Source: a virus. Taken from it: 64,000 nucleotides of DNA. This document shows positions 49,227 through 58,411 of this stretch, in pieces (position 1 is the first letter of the stretch; each line of letters opens with the position of its first letter). The position numbers and the translations under genes were made by a program. The stretch spans positions 18,822 to 82,821 of the IMG/VR virus record IMGVR_UViG_3300012950_001127. One strand, given 5' to 3'. Below the pieces are notes generated by a model. It searched no databases. It was not told where the DNA came from and worked only from the letters and a program-made list of their open reading frames with translations.

Positions 49227-50714
49227 ATGATTAGTTCAAATGAAAAACAATTGCTAACAGTTACTCTGCAGGCCGTCATGAGAGGTTTGGACAAAGGAGT
49301 ATCGGAAGGGTTCTCTAAGGCTAGATCAACAGATGTAGATGGAGCAATGACTGCATTATTAGCAATTCCTAATATGATTTTGCAGCCAAGCACTATATGG
49401 GACCCAGGATCTTTGCGGGGATTAGAAGAAGAGATGAGGTCCAGTGTTTATATGAAAAAGGGCAAAGAAAGACTTCGGGCTGCTAAGGCAAAATTTAGAG
49501 AACAAATAACTAGGGCTTTCGCTTTAACAGGAACTTTTTTTGAGCCATATTTAGATATTATTGATGCAGAAAAAAGCCCCGGACAAAGCAAGATAACAGA
49601 AGTAGGTAGAGCCCTTGGCCTAGAAAATGATACTGTTGTTTTTGATCCTGGAGAAATACAAGTGATTTCTTTAGACTTTAATACTAGAGATGATATTTTC
49701 GCCTCTGCAATGGGGCAGATTCTGCCATTATTAAGAGTAAAATTTGATGCAATCATGGCTTATCAGGGTGTTGGCTTTGACTCTTTGTTGCAAAGCGCCC
49801 TTAGCGGAGACTTAACTGAGGGCGAAACAGAGATATTCTCAGGTCTTTATGGGGCAATTTTAGAGTGGAGATTTTTAGTAAATAACCTGAACAGCAATTC
49901 TCGCGGCCTATCTCCTGCTGCGGCAGGAGATCCCGATGGATCAACTGCTCCGGATGGATCAACTGCTCCGGATGGATCAGAAGATATAGCCGCCCCAACT
50001 GCGGAATTTCCTGCTTTTTCGGTAGTAGTGGCTGGGATTATAGTTGATAGTTTAATAAACCCCAAAGATGGGTTTGGGATTGATATTACTGGGGCCTCTA
50101 GTGATATAATATTGGACAGAGTTCTTTTTAACGAGGCTCCGCTAAACTCTATATATCCATCAATTGATTTGCTTATAACTGGTGACAGCGCAGATAAATT
50201 AAACTCAACTGCAGAAGATGCTGAACAGTATATAGATTTTTTTGTTAATTCTGGGATAATTGAATTTAATTCCTCATTGCCAGATAATTGGAAAAATTAT
50301 ATAGCAGATTTCACAAGAAATTCTCATCCGGGTGGTGCAACAATTTCTTTGATCTTTCGCCAAGATAAATTATCTGAGCTAATAGCCTCTTCTATAGCTT
50401 CTAAAGTAGATATTTTTAAGATTATTACAGATAGATCTGGCGAGGTTTATGTAAAGGCAGAGGATACAGACTTGTTGGATAGCTTGTATAAAATATCTAG
50501 CGCTATGGGAGTAACGCCGTTGTATGAAACTATTTCGCCGGGAGGCGAAAAGGTGGTTTTCACGTCAACAGATTTGGTGAGAAATGGCGGAAAGATAAGA
50601 GACTCAAGAGGCAGATCTTTTAAGCCTAAAAGATGGAAGGGGAAAGGCTTATCTGATATAGTTTCGGCTCCTGGGTATGGCAAGGTTAAAAAGAAAAAGA
50701 GGAGCAAAAAATGA
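49227..50714 (+). CDS. Hypothetical protein with PDGSTA repeats and a basic C-terminus
   Basis: 495-aa ORF; 18-bp tandem repeats near 49933-49980. Confidence 0.65.
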   Translation: MISSNEKQLLTVTLQAVMRGLDKGVSEGFSKARSTDVDGAMTALLAIPNMILQPSTIWDPGSLRGLEEEMRSSVYMKKGKERLRAAKAKFREQITRAFALTGTFFEPYLDIIDAEKSPGQSKITEVGRALGLENDTVVFDPGEIQVISLDFNTRDDIFASAMGQILPLLRVKFDAIMAYQGVGFDSLLQSALSGDLTEGETEIFSGLYGAILEWRFLVNNLNSNSRGLSPAAAGDPDGSTAPDGSTAPDGSEDIAAPTAEFPAFSVVVAGIIVDSLINPKDGFGIDITGASSDIILDRVLFNEAPLNSIYPSIDLLITGDSADKLNSTAEDAEQYIDFFVNSGIIEFNSSLPDNWKNYIADFTRNSHPGGATISLIFRQDKLSELIASSIASKVDIFKIITDRSGEVYVKAEDTDLLDSLYKISSAMGVTPLYETISPGGEKVVFTSTDLVRNGGKIRDSRGRSFKPKRWKGKGLSDIVSAPGYGKVKKKKRSKK

Positions 50715-51271
50715 AAAAAAAATCTATCAGAACTGCTCCATATGTTTTTAAGCCAACAATAAATGCAGAAGACATCCCTAGCTCTACAGGGGGGGAAGAG
50801 GGGCTTAGCAGCAGTACAAATGAAGGAGTTGGGCGAGGGTTTTCTATGATGGGAGAGCCCACTACTCCTGCAGTTATTTTGGAGACAGAAGAGGGGCCTC
50901 TTTTTCTCGGGAAGCATCGTCATCAAAAAAGAAATATTGATCATAAAAGATTCAAAAGCTTAATGGATTTGCTTGTTGGACTAGCAAATGCTGCAGATGA
51001 TCAAGATGAAATTAAGATGGCAGATTTTACTGACTTTTTAATTACAAAGTTTGCGCAGCAAATAAATATAGATCATTCTATTTTATTTAAAGATTTAATT
51101 ATAAAAATAATTGAATCTGATATTTTTAATCAAGATGAAATAGTTGTAAATTTAACTAATCACTATAATAGATTAATTGTTTTGAGCGTATCATCTGGGA
51201 TGAATATTCTGGATGCAAAGAAAAAGGCATATAATATGGTTGCAAATAAGGCAGAAAGATATGTCAAATGA
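50711..51271 (+). CDS. Hypothetical head-module protein with one helical tag
   Basis: LANAADDQDEIKMADFTDFLITKFAQ. Confidence 0.6.
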   Translation: MKKKSIRTAPYVFKPTINAEDIPSSTGGEEGLSSSTNEGVGRGFSMMGEPTTPAVILETEEGPLFLGKHRHQKRNIDHKRFKSLMDLLVGLANAADDQDEIKMADFTDFLITKFAQQINIDHSILFKDLIIKIIESDIFNQDEIVVNLTNHYNRLIVLSVSSGMNILDAKKKAYNMVANKAERYVK

Positions 51272-51560
51272 TTTAATAAAAAAAGCTCAGCTTTTAGAGC
51301 AGAATCCGGTTTATGTAGCAGAAGAGTTGCATAAAATCATAAAAATAATGATAGCCAGATTATCCTTTGAATCTAGAGCTAAATCTTATTTAAACTTAAA
51401 GGATAAAATAGAAGAGTTTGATTCCATGGAGATAGCAAACAAAAAATCACCAGGCGGCGCGGCTATTGGCGTAAGTTTGAGCTTAGTAAAAAATATTTTA
51501 AATGGTAAAGATCCATATTTTATAAATATAGTATTAAATGAGTTAGTCAGAAGGTTATAA
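51261..51560 (+). CDS. Hypothetical head-module protein
   Basis: Start MSNDLIKKAQ at ATG 51261. Confidence 0.6.
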   Translation: MSNDLIKKAQLLEQNPVYVAEELHKIIKIMIARLSFESRAKSYLNLKDKIEEFDSMEIANKKSPGGAAIGVSLSLVKNILNGKDPYFINIVLNELVRRL

Positions 51561-51564
51561 TAAA

Positions 51565-52422
51565 GTGTCAAGAATCTCTAAAATAAATTTTCTTCATAAG
51601 CTTGCTTATCTAAATAAGAGTGCGACAGGGCCGATGAGTCTGGAAGATTTTTTAGAAGTAACAAGATCTGGAGCGGATATTGCAGATAACGCTGTAGATT
51701 ATGTTCAAAAGGCAGGGGTGTCTTTAGAGGAGTTTATAGACAGCTTGAGCGATCTATCGGGAGAATATGAGGCAATTAACAATAGTTTATTTTCAGAGAT
51801 TAGAGCATTGCCGAGGCCAGAGAGGCCTGAGGCAGTGGGGGTTGTTTCTCCAGAGTTAGAAAGCAGATATAGCGATTGGACTCTGGGCGGCCCCAAGAAA
51901 ACTCCTCCTAACTTTCACAGGGTAGAGGGGGGCAACAATAATTATAGAAGCGCTCAACCTCCGAATGAAGAGGGTTTTTATAAATTTTTAAACGAAAAGT
52001 ATGGAATTGAAAATATTATTAGTTTAAATTCAAAGAATCATAGCAGTTCCGCTGGCGCTGCCGGCCTTGGATATTTGCATGTTCCGCTTAGCAGCAGGCC
52101 CCCGTCTCGGTCAGATTGGAGTATGATCAAAAGCTTGTTGTCTCAGGGCAACACTCTTGTTCATTGTACACATGGCGCAGATAGAACAGGGGGAGTCATT
52201 GGAAGGTATAAGGTTGAAGAGATGAATGTAGACCCAACTATAGCTCACAATGAATCCTTAGAGTATGGGTTTAAGTCTCAAGATCATCCAGGCTGGCCAG
52301 AGCGGTGCGATGATATGCCTGTAGGTGCGCCAGAAGAAGTAGCTGAGAAGCAAGAGTGTATTGATGATTCTGCCGATCCAAACAAAAGGCTTAGAAATTT
52401 TATTTATCATGGACACAGATAA
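51565..52422 (+). CDS. Dual-specificity/tyrosine (CX5R) phosphatase with an N-terminal K-x-A leader
   Basis: NFHRV...YRSAQP, GI..IISL and the P-loop VHCTHGADRTG. Confidence 0.88.
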   Translation: MSRISKINFLHKLAYLNKSATGPMSLEDFLEVTRSGADIADNAVDYVQKAGVSLEEFIDSLSDLSGEYEAINNSLFSEIRALPRPERPEAVGVVSPELESRYSDWTLGGPKKTPPNFHRVEGGNNNYRSAQPPNEEGFYKFLNEKYGIENIISLNSKNHSSSAGAAGLGYLHVPLSSRPPSRSDWSMIKSLLSQGNTLVHCTHGADRTGGVIGRYKVEEMNVDPTIAHNESLEYGFKSQDHPGWPERCDDMPVGAPEEVAEKQECIDDSADPNKRLRNFIYHGHR

Positions 52423-52435
52423 AGTAGTATGCAAA

Positions 52436-52442
52436 TACTAAT
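52436..52442 (+). promoter_or_regulatory. Candidate late promoter TACTAAT
   Basis: Intergenic, about 40 nt before the 52484 start. Confidence 0.55.
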
Positions 52443-52483
52443 AGAAGAATATAAAGAAGATTGAAACTTATAAGGAATATAGC

Positions 52484-54751
52484 ATGATAAAAAAGTTAGC
52501 TTGGCCGCCATTTTCAGAGATGAATACATCAATGGAGCCTCAAGGGGACGCGGCTATGGACATTCAAGTTACTGTGTCAGAGGGAGAAACGGCGACTCCT
52601 GGATATTCCACTTTGGTTGGTCATCAGTTTACACAAGAAGAAAATCAATCTCCAATGTCTGTTGGAGTAATGTCTCCTGCAGAAGATGTTTTTTCTGACA
52701 TAGAGGACGCAGAAGCCCAAGCGATAGGAGAGTTGACAGACCGACTGATAAGCATGCTTCCGGACGGCTCTAATGTTTTGACTCTAGGCAAGCCTGATTG
52801 TCAAAATACAGAGCTGGTATTAGATGCGGGGCATAATTTGACTAATTTGGTTAAAAATACAGAAGATCTTGTCAATACCAGCAGGTTTCATAAAGAATGT
52901 GGGGACTCCAGATTTCACTTATTTAGGAAAAAGTTTGACGGATTTTGTTTGGCAAGCCAGTACAGCAAGCATGATGATCTGTCCATAGAGATTGGCAATA
53001 TATGTAAGCATTTAAGACCCTTGAGTGTTGGCCTAATTATGTCTAGAGCAAATTTAGACTTGTCTGATAGCTTGGAAAAATTAGGATTTGAAATTTTGTC
53101 TAAGTCAACACATAATGTGGGTATATATCTAGTAAGAAGAAATATTTTAAATAAAACTGCTGCAGTGAGATGTTATAACAATAAAGATGAAGATATATTT
53201 GTATCTTTTAAATGTGATATAGCAGAGACACCAAGAGAAAAGGCGGATGGGCTACAGGTTTATCCTTCCCTCGGGAAAGACGGAGGATTATTATTTTCAT
53301 ACAAAAAGGCTCAAGATGTAATGTATCATATGGGAACGGTTGGATATCCCATAGACATAATTTTTATAGGCGAGAATAATAAAGTTAATAAAATATCTAA
53401 AAATATACAGCCTGGATCCCTGGATGTGTTTGGCTGCCCTAATGTAAAAACCGTCTTGGAGATATCTGGAGGCCTGTGCGATGCATTGGGGATAGGGGTG
53501 GGCGCATATGTTTCTATAAATAGAGGGGAGAAATTTTTAGATGAAGATATCATTAAAGTATCGGGGGTTATAGAGAGATTAGGCTTTGAAAAGTTTTTTG
53601 TAAAAAAATCAGATAGTTTAAATTCTGGACTATATAATGTATTGAATAATAAAATTTATATTATAAATAATAATGATTATCATAATAATACTGCTAGTAT
53701 AGTAAAGTCTGCGTCATATATCAATATAAAGAAAGAAAAGATAGTTGCCTTTGATATTGATAATCAGCTTGTAGATAAATATAATATAAAGCTTTATAAG
53801 CATTGTGCTCCAAGCGAAGCTGTATTCGCCGGGCTAGATAATGAATCTTTTTCCATTGAAAGCAAAGATGAGGTAAATATAAAGCTCTCTTCTTATCTTA
53901 CGGATAGTTTTCAAGAAACATTTGGGGCAAATTACTCTGTTATTCCGACCCCATCTAAGAGTTTTTCTGGATTTAATAAGCATGATAGGCTACAAGCTCT
54001 TAAGAAAATTTCAGGAGCAATTGATTCTAATTCAAAAATTATTTTTGTCACAAAACATTTAATTAATAAAGATGTTTTAAATAAAATTATACAGTCTGAA
54101 ATAAATATAAAAGTTGGATCCGGCCAGCCTTTAGAGTTTGAGCTATTAAAAATTCCACAATATTTTGATTCGGAGGAGACATTTAACGCCCTATCTGATA
54201 GGCATGCAAATAAGGATATATTTCTTTATACAAATAATATTACAAAGAAAGCTGGGGTTCCTGTCCCTAATGAAATAAAAGATAAGGCAAGAGGGGCAAT
54301 AAGATATTTCGACAGAGCTGATGATATTTGTGGAAAATTAATTGATAATTTGCAAAAGAATTTATCTCAATATGAGAAGATACAAGGCAACCAAGAAGCT
54401 ATCACGGGGTCAAAGGGACAATATAATCAATCGGTAAAAAGAAACTCTAAGATGACAAAGCGTATGCTTTTAAATATAAAAGAAGGTTTGAAGACAATGA
54501 ATGAAATTAAAGATGTTTCTACAACTGGCGAGCTCATTGACTCTATTGCCAATTCTGCCAAAAGCGCGTCAGAGTCTGTAAAAGAGATCTTTAAACTTGT
54601 AGATGTTTTGGACTCTATTGATTTTCAAAATAAATTAACAGAGAAAACAGGTAACATGGAGAATGTTGTTGGAGATTTAAAATTAACGTTATCTAGAATG
54701 AGAGATTATATTAATTCAGACATTTTAGGCATTTTGATATTATCGGAGTAA
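52484..54751 (+). CDS. Multidomain protein: acidic segment, alpha/beta domain, DUF192 domain, HAD-like domain and helical domain
   Basis: DUF192 pattern IAETP.EK..GL...GLLF....M..V.YPIDIIFI...VLEI.GG; IVAFDID...IIFVT. Confidence 0.72.
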   Translation: MIKKLAWPPFSEMNTSMEPQGDAAMDIQVTVSEGETATPGYSTLVGHQFTQEENQSPMSVGVMSPAEDVFSDIEDAEAQAIGELTDRLISMLPDGSNVLTLGKPDCQNTELVLDAGHNLTNLVKNTEDLVNTSRFHKECGDSRFHLFRKKFDGFCLASQYSKHDDLSIEIGNICKHLRPLSVGLIMSRANLDLSDSLEKLGFEILSKSTHNVGIYLVRRNILNKTAAVRCYNNKDEDIFVSFKCDIAETPREKADGLQVYPSLGKDGGLLFSYKKAQDVMYHMGTVGYPIDIIFIGENNKVNKISKNIQPGSLDVFGCPNVKTVLEISGGLCDALGIGVGAYVSINRGEKFLDEDIIKVSGVIERLGFEKFFVKKSDSLNSGLYNVLNNKIYIINNNDYHNNTASIVKSASYINIKKEKIVAFDIDNQLVDKYNIKLYKHCAPSEAVFAGLDNESFSIESKDEVNIKLSSYLTDSFQETFGANYSVIPTPSKSFSGFNKHDRLQALKKISGAIDSNSKIIFVTKHLINKDVLNKIIQSEINIKVGSGQPLEFELLKIPQYFDSEETFNALSDRHANKDIFLYTNNITKKAGVPVPNEIKDKARGAIRYFDRADDICGKLIDNLQKNLSQYEKIQGNQEAITGSKGQYNQSVKRNSKMTKRMLLNIKEGLKTMNEIKDVSTTGELIDSIANSAKSASESVKEIFKLVDVLDSIDFQNKLTEKTGNMENVVGDLKLTLSRMRDYINSDILGILILSE

Positions 54752-54754
54752 TAT

Positions 54755-54949
54755 ATGTTTATAAAATTTAGTGATAAAACAAAAAAAATTACAGTCAAAA
54801 CGTCTAAAGAGGACGCTGCTGAAACCCATAATGACGAAGAAAACACTGTTTATCTAGATGAAGAGTTAGATGACCAAGAGTCTGACGACAGAAGGATTAA
54901 AGTCTTAAAAAAGTATAATAGCAACAAGCTTATTAAGAATAACGATTAA
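54755..54949 (+). CDS. Small hypothetical protein
   Basis: 64-aa ORF with a GGAG SD. Confidence 0.55.
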   Translation: MFIKFSDKTKKITVKTSKEDAAETHNDEENTVYLDEELDDQESDDRRIKVLKKYNSNKLIKNND

Positions 54950-55048
54950 AAAACTATGTAATTCAAAAAAAAATTACACAAAACTTATAAAGACTAATAA
55001 TATATATAAATATTGATCATCAACGTATAATGCACGAAGGGCCCTTTT

Positions 55049-58000
55049 ATGTTAAAGAAGATTTGTTTTTCGCCAAAAAATGTAATAGAAACGCATGACA
55101 AGCAAGAAGTGCTTGTTAATAACGATCTAGTTGCAAGGATGACTAAGTTGGCGAATAACCTTAGGGCAATTTCTCCAAAGTCGGATGATTTTTTATATTT
55201 CTCTATTATATTTTTAAAATCAGCAGAAGCAGCACTTTTAGATGAGAAGGGTCTTCCGAAAAAGGTCGCAAACGGAGAAACCGCTTGGGGCTTTTTTGAT
55301 GAAGAGTGGAAATGGCACGGAAATACTCAGCCTCATAGAAATAACAATAGAGATATTTTTCCAGAATCAGAATTAAAGAAGGCGGCAGCCTCTTGGGTCG
55401 GTCTGCCTTTGTGTAAGGACCATGAGTCAAGTTCCGTAGATGGAATACGCGGCATAATTCTCGATACACACTATGATGAGAAATATAAGCAAATTATAGG
55501 ACTTTGCGCTTTAGACAAAGTTAACTATCCGGATTTGGCGAGAAAAGTAGAGACTGGACTGGTTAGGTATGGCTCTATGGGAACTGCCGTAGAGACATCT
55601 GTTTGTTCTGAATGTTTAAATAAAGCTACGACACAAGAAGAGTATTGTGCTCATATTTTAAACAAAACAGCGCATGGAGAAATAAATGTTGGGTTAAAGC
55701 CTATAGAGTATAGTTTGGTGGTGCAGCCAGCCGAGCCTGGCGCAGTATTGTTAAAGTGTATAGCATCTTTGACAGATTACAGAGATGAATTTATAAATTA
55801 TGGCGTAGATAATGTAGAAAGCATGTTGGGCAAATTAAGTTTGCCGCAAGCAAAACATTTAGAAAAAATAATGAAAACTGCTTGTGGTGAAAATGGCTGC
55901 TCAATAGGGCAAAGACAAGATATAGTTTCTAGTTTTCTTGATAACAATGGATTGTTAAAAACATCTACAGATGATTTTACAGATATGTCTCAAAAAGATA
56001 GAAATACTGCAGAAACTATAAATGCAGTTAGTCAGGCGGCCAATGTTGTAACTGACCCTGGAGTGCCTCAAAATATAAAAAGCGTTATAAGCAACCTTAT
56101 AAGCAGACTGGATCAGTCTAAAACTTCAACTCAACGCGTTACAGGTTACGAAGACCAAGAAGGCACAAGTCTTCCTGGGGATGTTAAAGATTATAGTGGA
56201 AATACTAGAATGAATATGTTTGGAAGTGGGGGAGATGAATTCCCTGGTCCAGATTTTTCTGAGAAAGATTTATTAAACCAAACCCCTCCTATGGGAGGAG
56301 GGGAGCCCTTAGTAGGATTTGCTTCTGAAGAGGGCAAGCTCGCCGCCAAAACGGCAAGCGACAATAATTACGTAGACGACAAGTCAATTAATTCATTAGT
56401 GGAGGATATTATGAACGAGTCAAGATTAAGAAAAAGAGCTGAGTTACGTCGTCGTATTGCTTATTATCAAGGCGGCGACAATGTTAGCGACAAGAATTGG
56501 AGAGAGCCCAGTGGGTTCAAGAGCGAAAATTATACAAACACAAGGGACAAGCAAGATAAGCAAATGCTTGGAACATATGAGTTCAATCAGCAAGAAAGCC
56601 AAGATCTCGCGGCGAAAGAAAAGCTGAGCCGAGCGCAGCTTCAGGACAGAAGAATGCGTCGTGTTGCGTATATGCAGGGCGGAGCAGAAGGGGTTGAGCC
56701 AAGTGTCTTTAAGTCTGAAGACTATAAGAAGTATAGAGACAATATGGACAAGCAAATGCTGCAAGGCAAGTCTATGGGTGGACCCTCGGGATCATTCCCT
56801 GGAGATGAAGGAGTAAAAGAAGGCTTAAAGAGAGCTTCGTATGACCGTGGCGGATTTACCAAGTCTGCATATAATGGCCCTTCGTTAAGTACAAGATTTA
56901 GTGTTCGACGCAATCCAAATGGATCTGTAGATCACTACGGAAGTACTTTTGAAGTTTTTGCCGGAAATAAGCGTGTTCTTGCCGCAACTGCTGGAGAAAT
57001 TTACGGAACCGAACTTCCTGCTAATTGGGCATGGCTAAACAGCCAAACTTATGGGCAAGAAGTTTGCAAGCAAATTCGTGCTAGCGGACTTCCTAGTGTT
57101 GCAAGGCTTCTTAAGTCTGCACAGGCAGGGCCACCTCCGGGACCTCCGATGGACGGACCACCTCCGGGAGCCGATATGGGCGGACCACCTCCGGGAGCCG
57201 ATATGGGCGGACCACCTCCGGGACCTCCGGGGCCGCCGATGGACGATATGGGGCCGCCGATGGACGATATGGGACCACCGATGGATGGGCCCCCAGGAGA
57301 GGACGAAGAGGCAGAAGAGACTCCGTCAGAGGCCATTGAGGGCCGCTTAACAGAGATGGAGCAACTCCTTAGCGAAGTAAGAGATCTTGTTGGACAACTT
57401 GAAGATGAAAGTCTTGCAGATGTTGATGTAAATGTATTTACAGGTAAGGACAAAAATGAGCCTGGAGCAGAAGCGGGCGGCGCTGAAGGAGAAATGCTCG
57501 CATTGTCTTCTCAGGTCTCTAATGAGCTTAAAAAGGTTTTTGCTCAACTTGACGAATCTGCCGACGAGCTTTCAATGGTTGCGGAGACATATGATAATAT
57601 CTCTAAACTCTCTAGAGGCCAAAGATCCCGATTTGTTAAGCTTGCCTCTGATGCAGTTAAGGATGCAGATAGTGTAATTGGAGAAACAAAGGCTCTAGTT
57701 AGAGTTGCTAATTCTTCTGGATTGAAAAAGTTTGCACAGAGTAGAGCTGCAAGAAGGAGCGGCAGACCTAGCCAAAGAAGAGTTGCCACCAAAGCTGCTC
57801 CCAGCCAAACAGGACAAGTTAACACTCTTGTGTCCGAAGCAATGACGCTTAGAAGAAACAGAAGAGGCGCTATTTTAAAGCAGGCAGAAGGAAGAATTCT
57901 TTCGCAAAGAGCCGCAAAGAGATCGGCTTTGCTTAGAAATGCAAATCAGAAAGCTGCCACAAGGACTGCGGTTAGACAGCAAAGGGTTGCTAGCCCAGCG

Positions 58001-58402
58001 CCGACTCGTCCCAATGTTGCTCCAAATGTAGTAAAGAATGCCGCTCAAACCTCTGAGGTTCAGAAGGCATTGTCTAATAAGCTAAATGCAAAGAGAGCAG
58101 ATGAGGAGAGAGAGTCGTACAGAATTAAGTTGCGTAGAGCTTATGATGTTGGGCTAGAGATGCAAAATAAGGGTCTCTTGGTACAGACGAAGACAGCGCT
58201 TGATAAGCAGGTTGATGAGATAATGTCCTTTGATGATAGAGCTTTTGAAGCGTTCAAGAGAAGCATTGGAAATGCTAGACCAGTTAGAAACATGAAAGTT
58301 GCTTCCGATTTAGGTGGAATTAATATTGGAGTTGAATCAGACGCCAATACTCAGCCTAGCGCAACCAATACCGTAGATGTTTTAACATCTATGTGGGAAT
58401 AG
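55049..58402 (+). CDS. Prohead maturation protease (HK97/assemblin-like, with zinc ribbon) fused to a scaffold
   Basis: N.N.D.F...EL, KDH, RG.ILD, SMG, CSEC..YC.H and EYSLV..PA, followed by a long coiled-coil/Pro-rich region. Confidence 0.8.
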   Translation: MLKKICFSPKNVIETHDKQEVLVNNDLVARMTKLANNLRAISPKSDDFLYFSIIFLKSAEAALLDEKGLPKKVANGETAWGFFDEEWKWHGNTQPHRNNNRDIFPESELKKAAASWVGLPLCKDHESSSVDGIRGIILDTHYDEKYKQIIGLCALDKVNYPDLARKVETGLVRYGSMGTAVETSVCSECLNKATTQEEYCAHILNKTAHGEINVGLKPIEYSLVVQPAEPGAVLLKCIASLTDYRDEFINYGVDNVESMLGKLSLPQAKHLEKIMKTACGENGCSIGQRQDIVSSFLDNNGLLKTSTDDFTDMSQKDRNTAETINAVSQAANVVTDPGVPQNIKSVISNLISRLDQSKTSTQRVTGYEDQEGTSLPGDVKDYSGNTRMNMFGSGGDEFPGPDFSEKDLLNQTPPMGGGEPLVGFASEEGKLAAKTASDNNYVDDKSINSLVEDIMNESRLRKRAELRRRIAYYQGGDNVSDKNWREPSGFKSENYTNTRDKQDKQMLGTYEFNQQESQDLAAKEKLSRAQLQDRRMRRVAYMQGGAEGVEPSVFKSEDYKKYRDNMDKQMLQGKSMGGPSGSFPGDEGVKEGLKRASYDRGGFTKSAYNGPSLSTRFSVRRNPNGSVDHYGSTFEVFAGNKRVLAATAGEIYGTELPANWAWLNSQTYGQEVCKQIRASGLPSVARLLKSAQAGPPPGPPMDGPPPGADMGGPPPGADMGGPPPGPPGPPMDDMGPPMDDMGPPMDGPPGEDEEAEETPSEAIEGRLTEMEQLLSEVRDLVGQLEDESLADVDVNVFTGKDKNEPGAEAGGAEGEMLALSSQVSNELKKVFAQLDESADELSMVAETYDNISKLSRGQRSRFVKLASDAVKDADSVIGETKALVRVANSSGLKKFAQSRAARRSGRPSQRRVATKAAPSQTGQVNTLVSEAMTLRRNRRGAILKQAEGRILSQRAAKRSALLRNANQKAATRTAVRQQRVASPAPTRPNVAPNVVKNAAQTSEVQKALSNKLNAKRADEERESYRIKLRRAYDVGLEMQNKGLLVQTKTALDKQVDEIMSFDDRAFEAFKRSIGNARPVRNMKVASDLGGINIGVESDANTQPSATNTVDVLTSMWE
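56411..58402 (+). CDS. Probable nested, separately translated scaffold protein (663 aa)
   Basis: In-frame ATG at 56411 preceded by GGAGG (56401-56405) and AATTAAT (56386-56392). Confidence 0.55.
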   Translation: MNESRLRKRAELRRRIAYYQGGDNVSDKNWREPSGFKSENYTNTRDKQDKQMLGTYEFNQQESQDLAAKEKLSRAQLQDRRMRRVAYMQGGAEGVEPSVFKSEDYKKYRDNMDKQMLQGKSMGGPSGSFPGDEGVKEGLKRASYDRGGFTKSAYNGPSLSTRFSVRRNPNGSVDHYGSTFEVFAGNKRVLAATAGEIYGTELPANWAWLNSQTYGQEVCKQIRASGLPSVARLLKSAQAGPPPGPPMDGPPPGADMGGPPPGADMGGPPPGPPGPPMDDMGPPMDDMGPPMDGPPGEDEEAEETPSEAIEGRLTEMEQLLSEVRDLVGQLEDESLADVDVNVFTGKDKNEPGAEAGGAEGEMLALSSQVSNELKKVFAQLDESADELSMVAETYDNISKLSRGQRSRFVKLASDAVKDADSVIGETKALVRVANSSGLKKFAQSRAARRSGRPSQRRVATKAAPSQTGQVNTLVSEAMTLRRNRRGAILKQAEGRILSQRAAKRSALLRNANQKAATRTAVRQQRVASPAPTRPNVAPNVVKNAAQTSEVQKALSNKLNAKRADEERESYRIKLRRAYDVGLEMQNKGLLVQTKTALDKQVDEIMSFDDRAFEAFKRSIGNARPVRNMKVASDLGGINIGVESDANTQPSATNTVDVLTSMWE

Positions 58403-58411
58403 GTGGCAACA

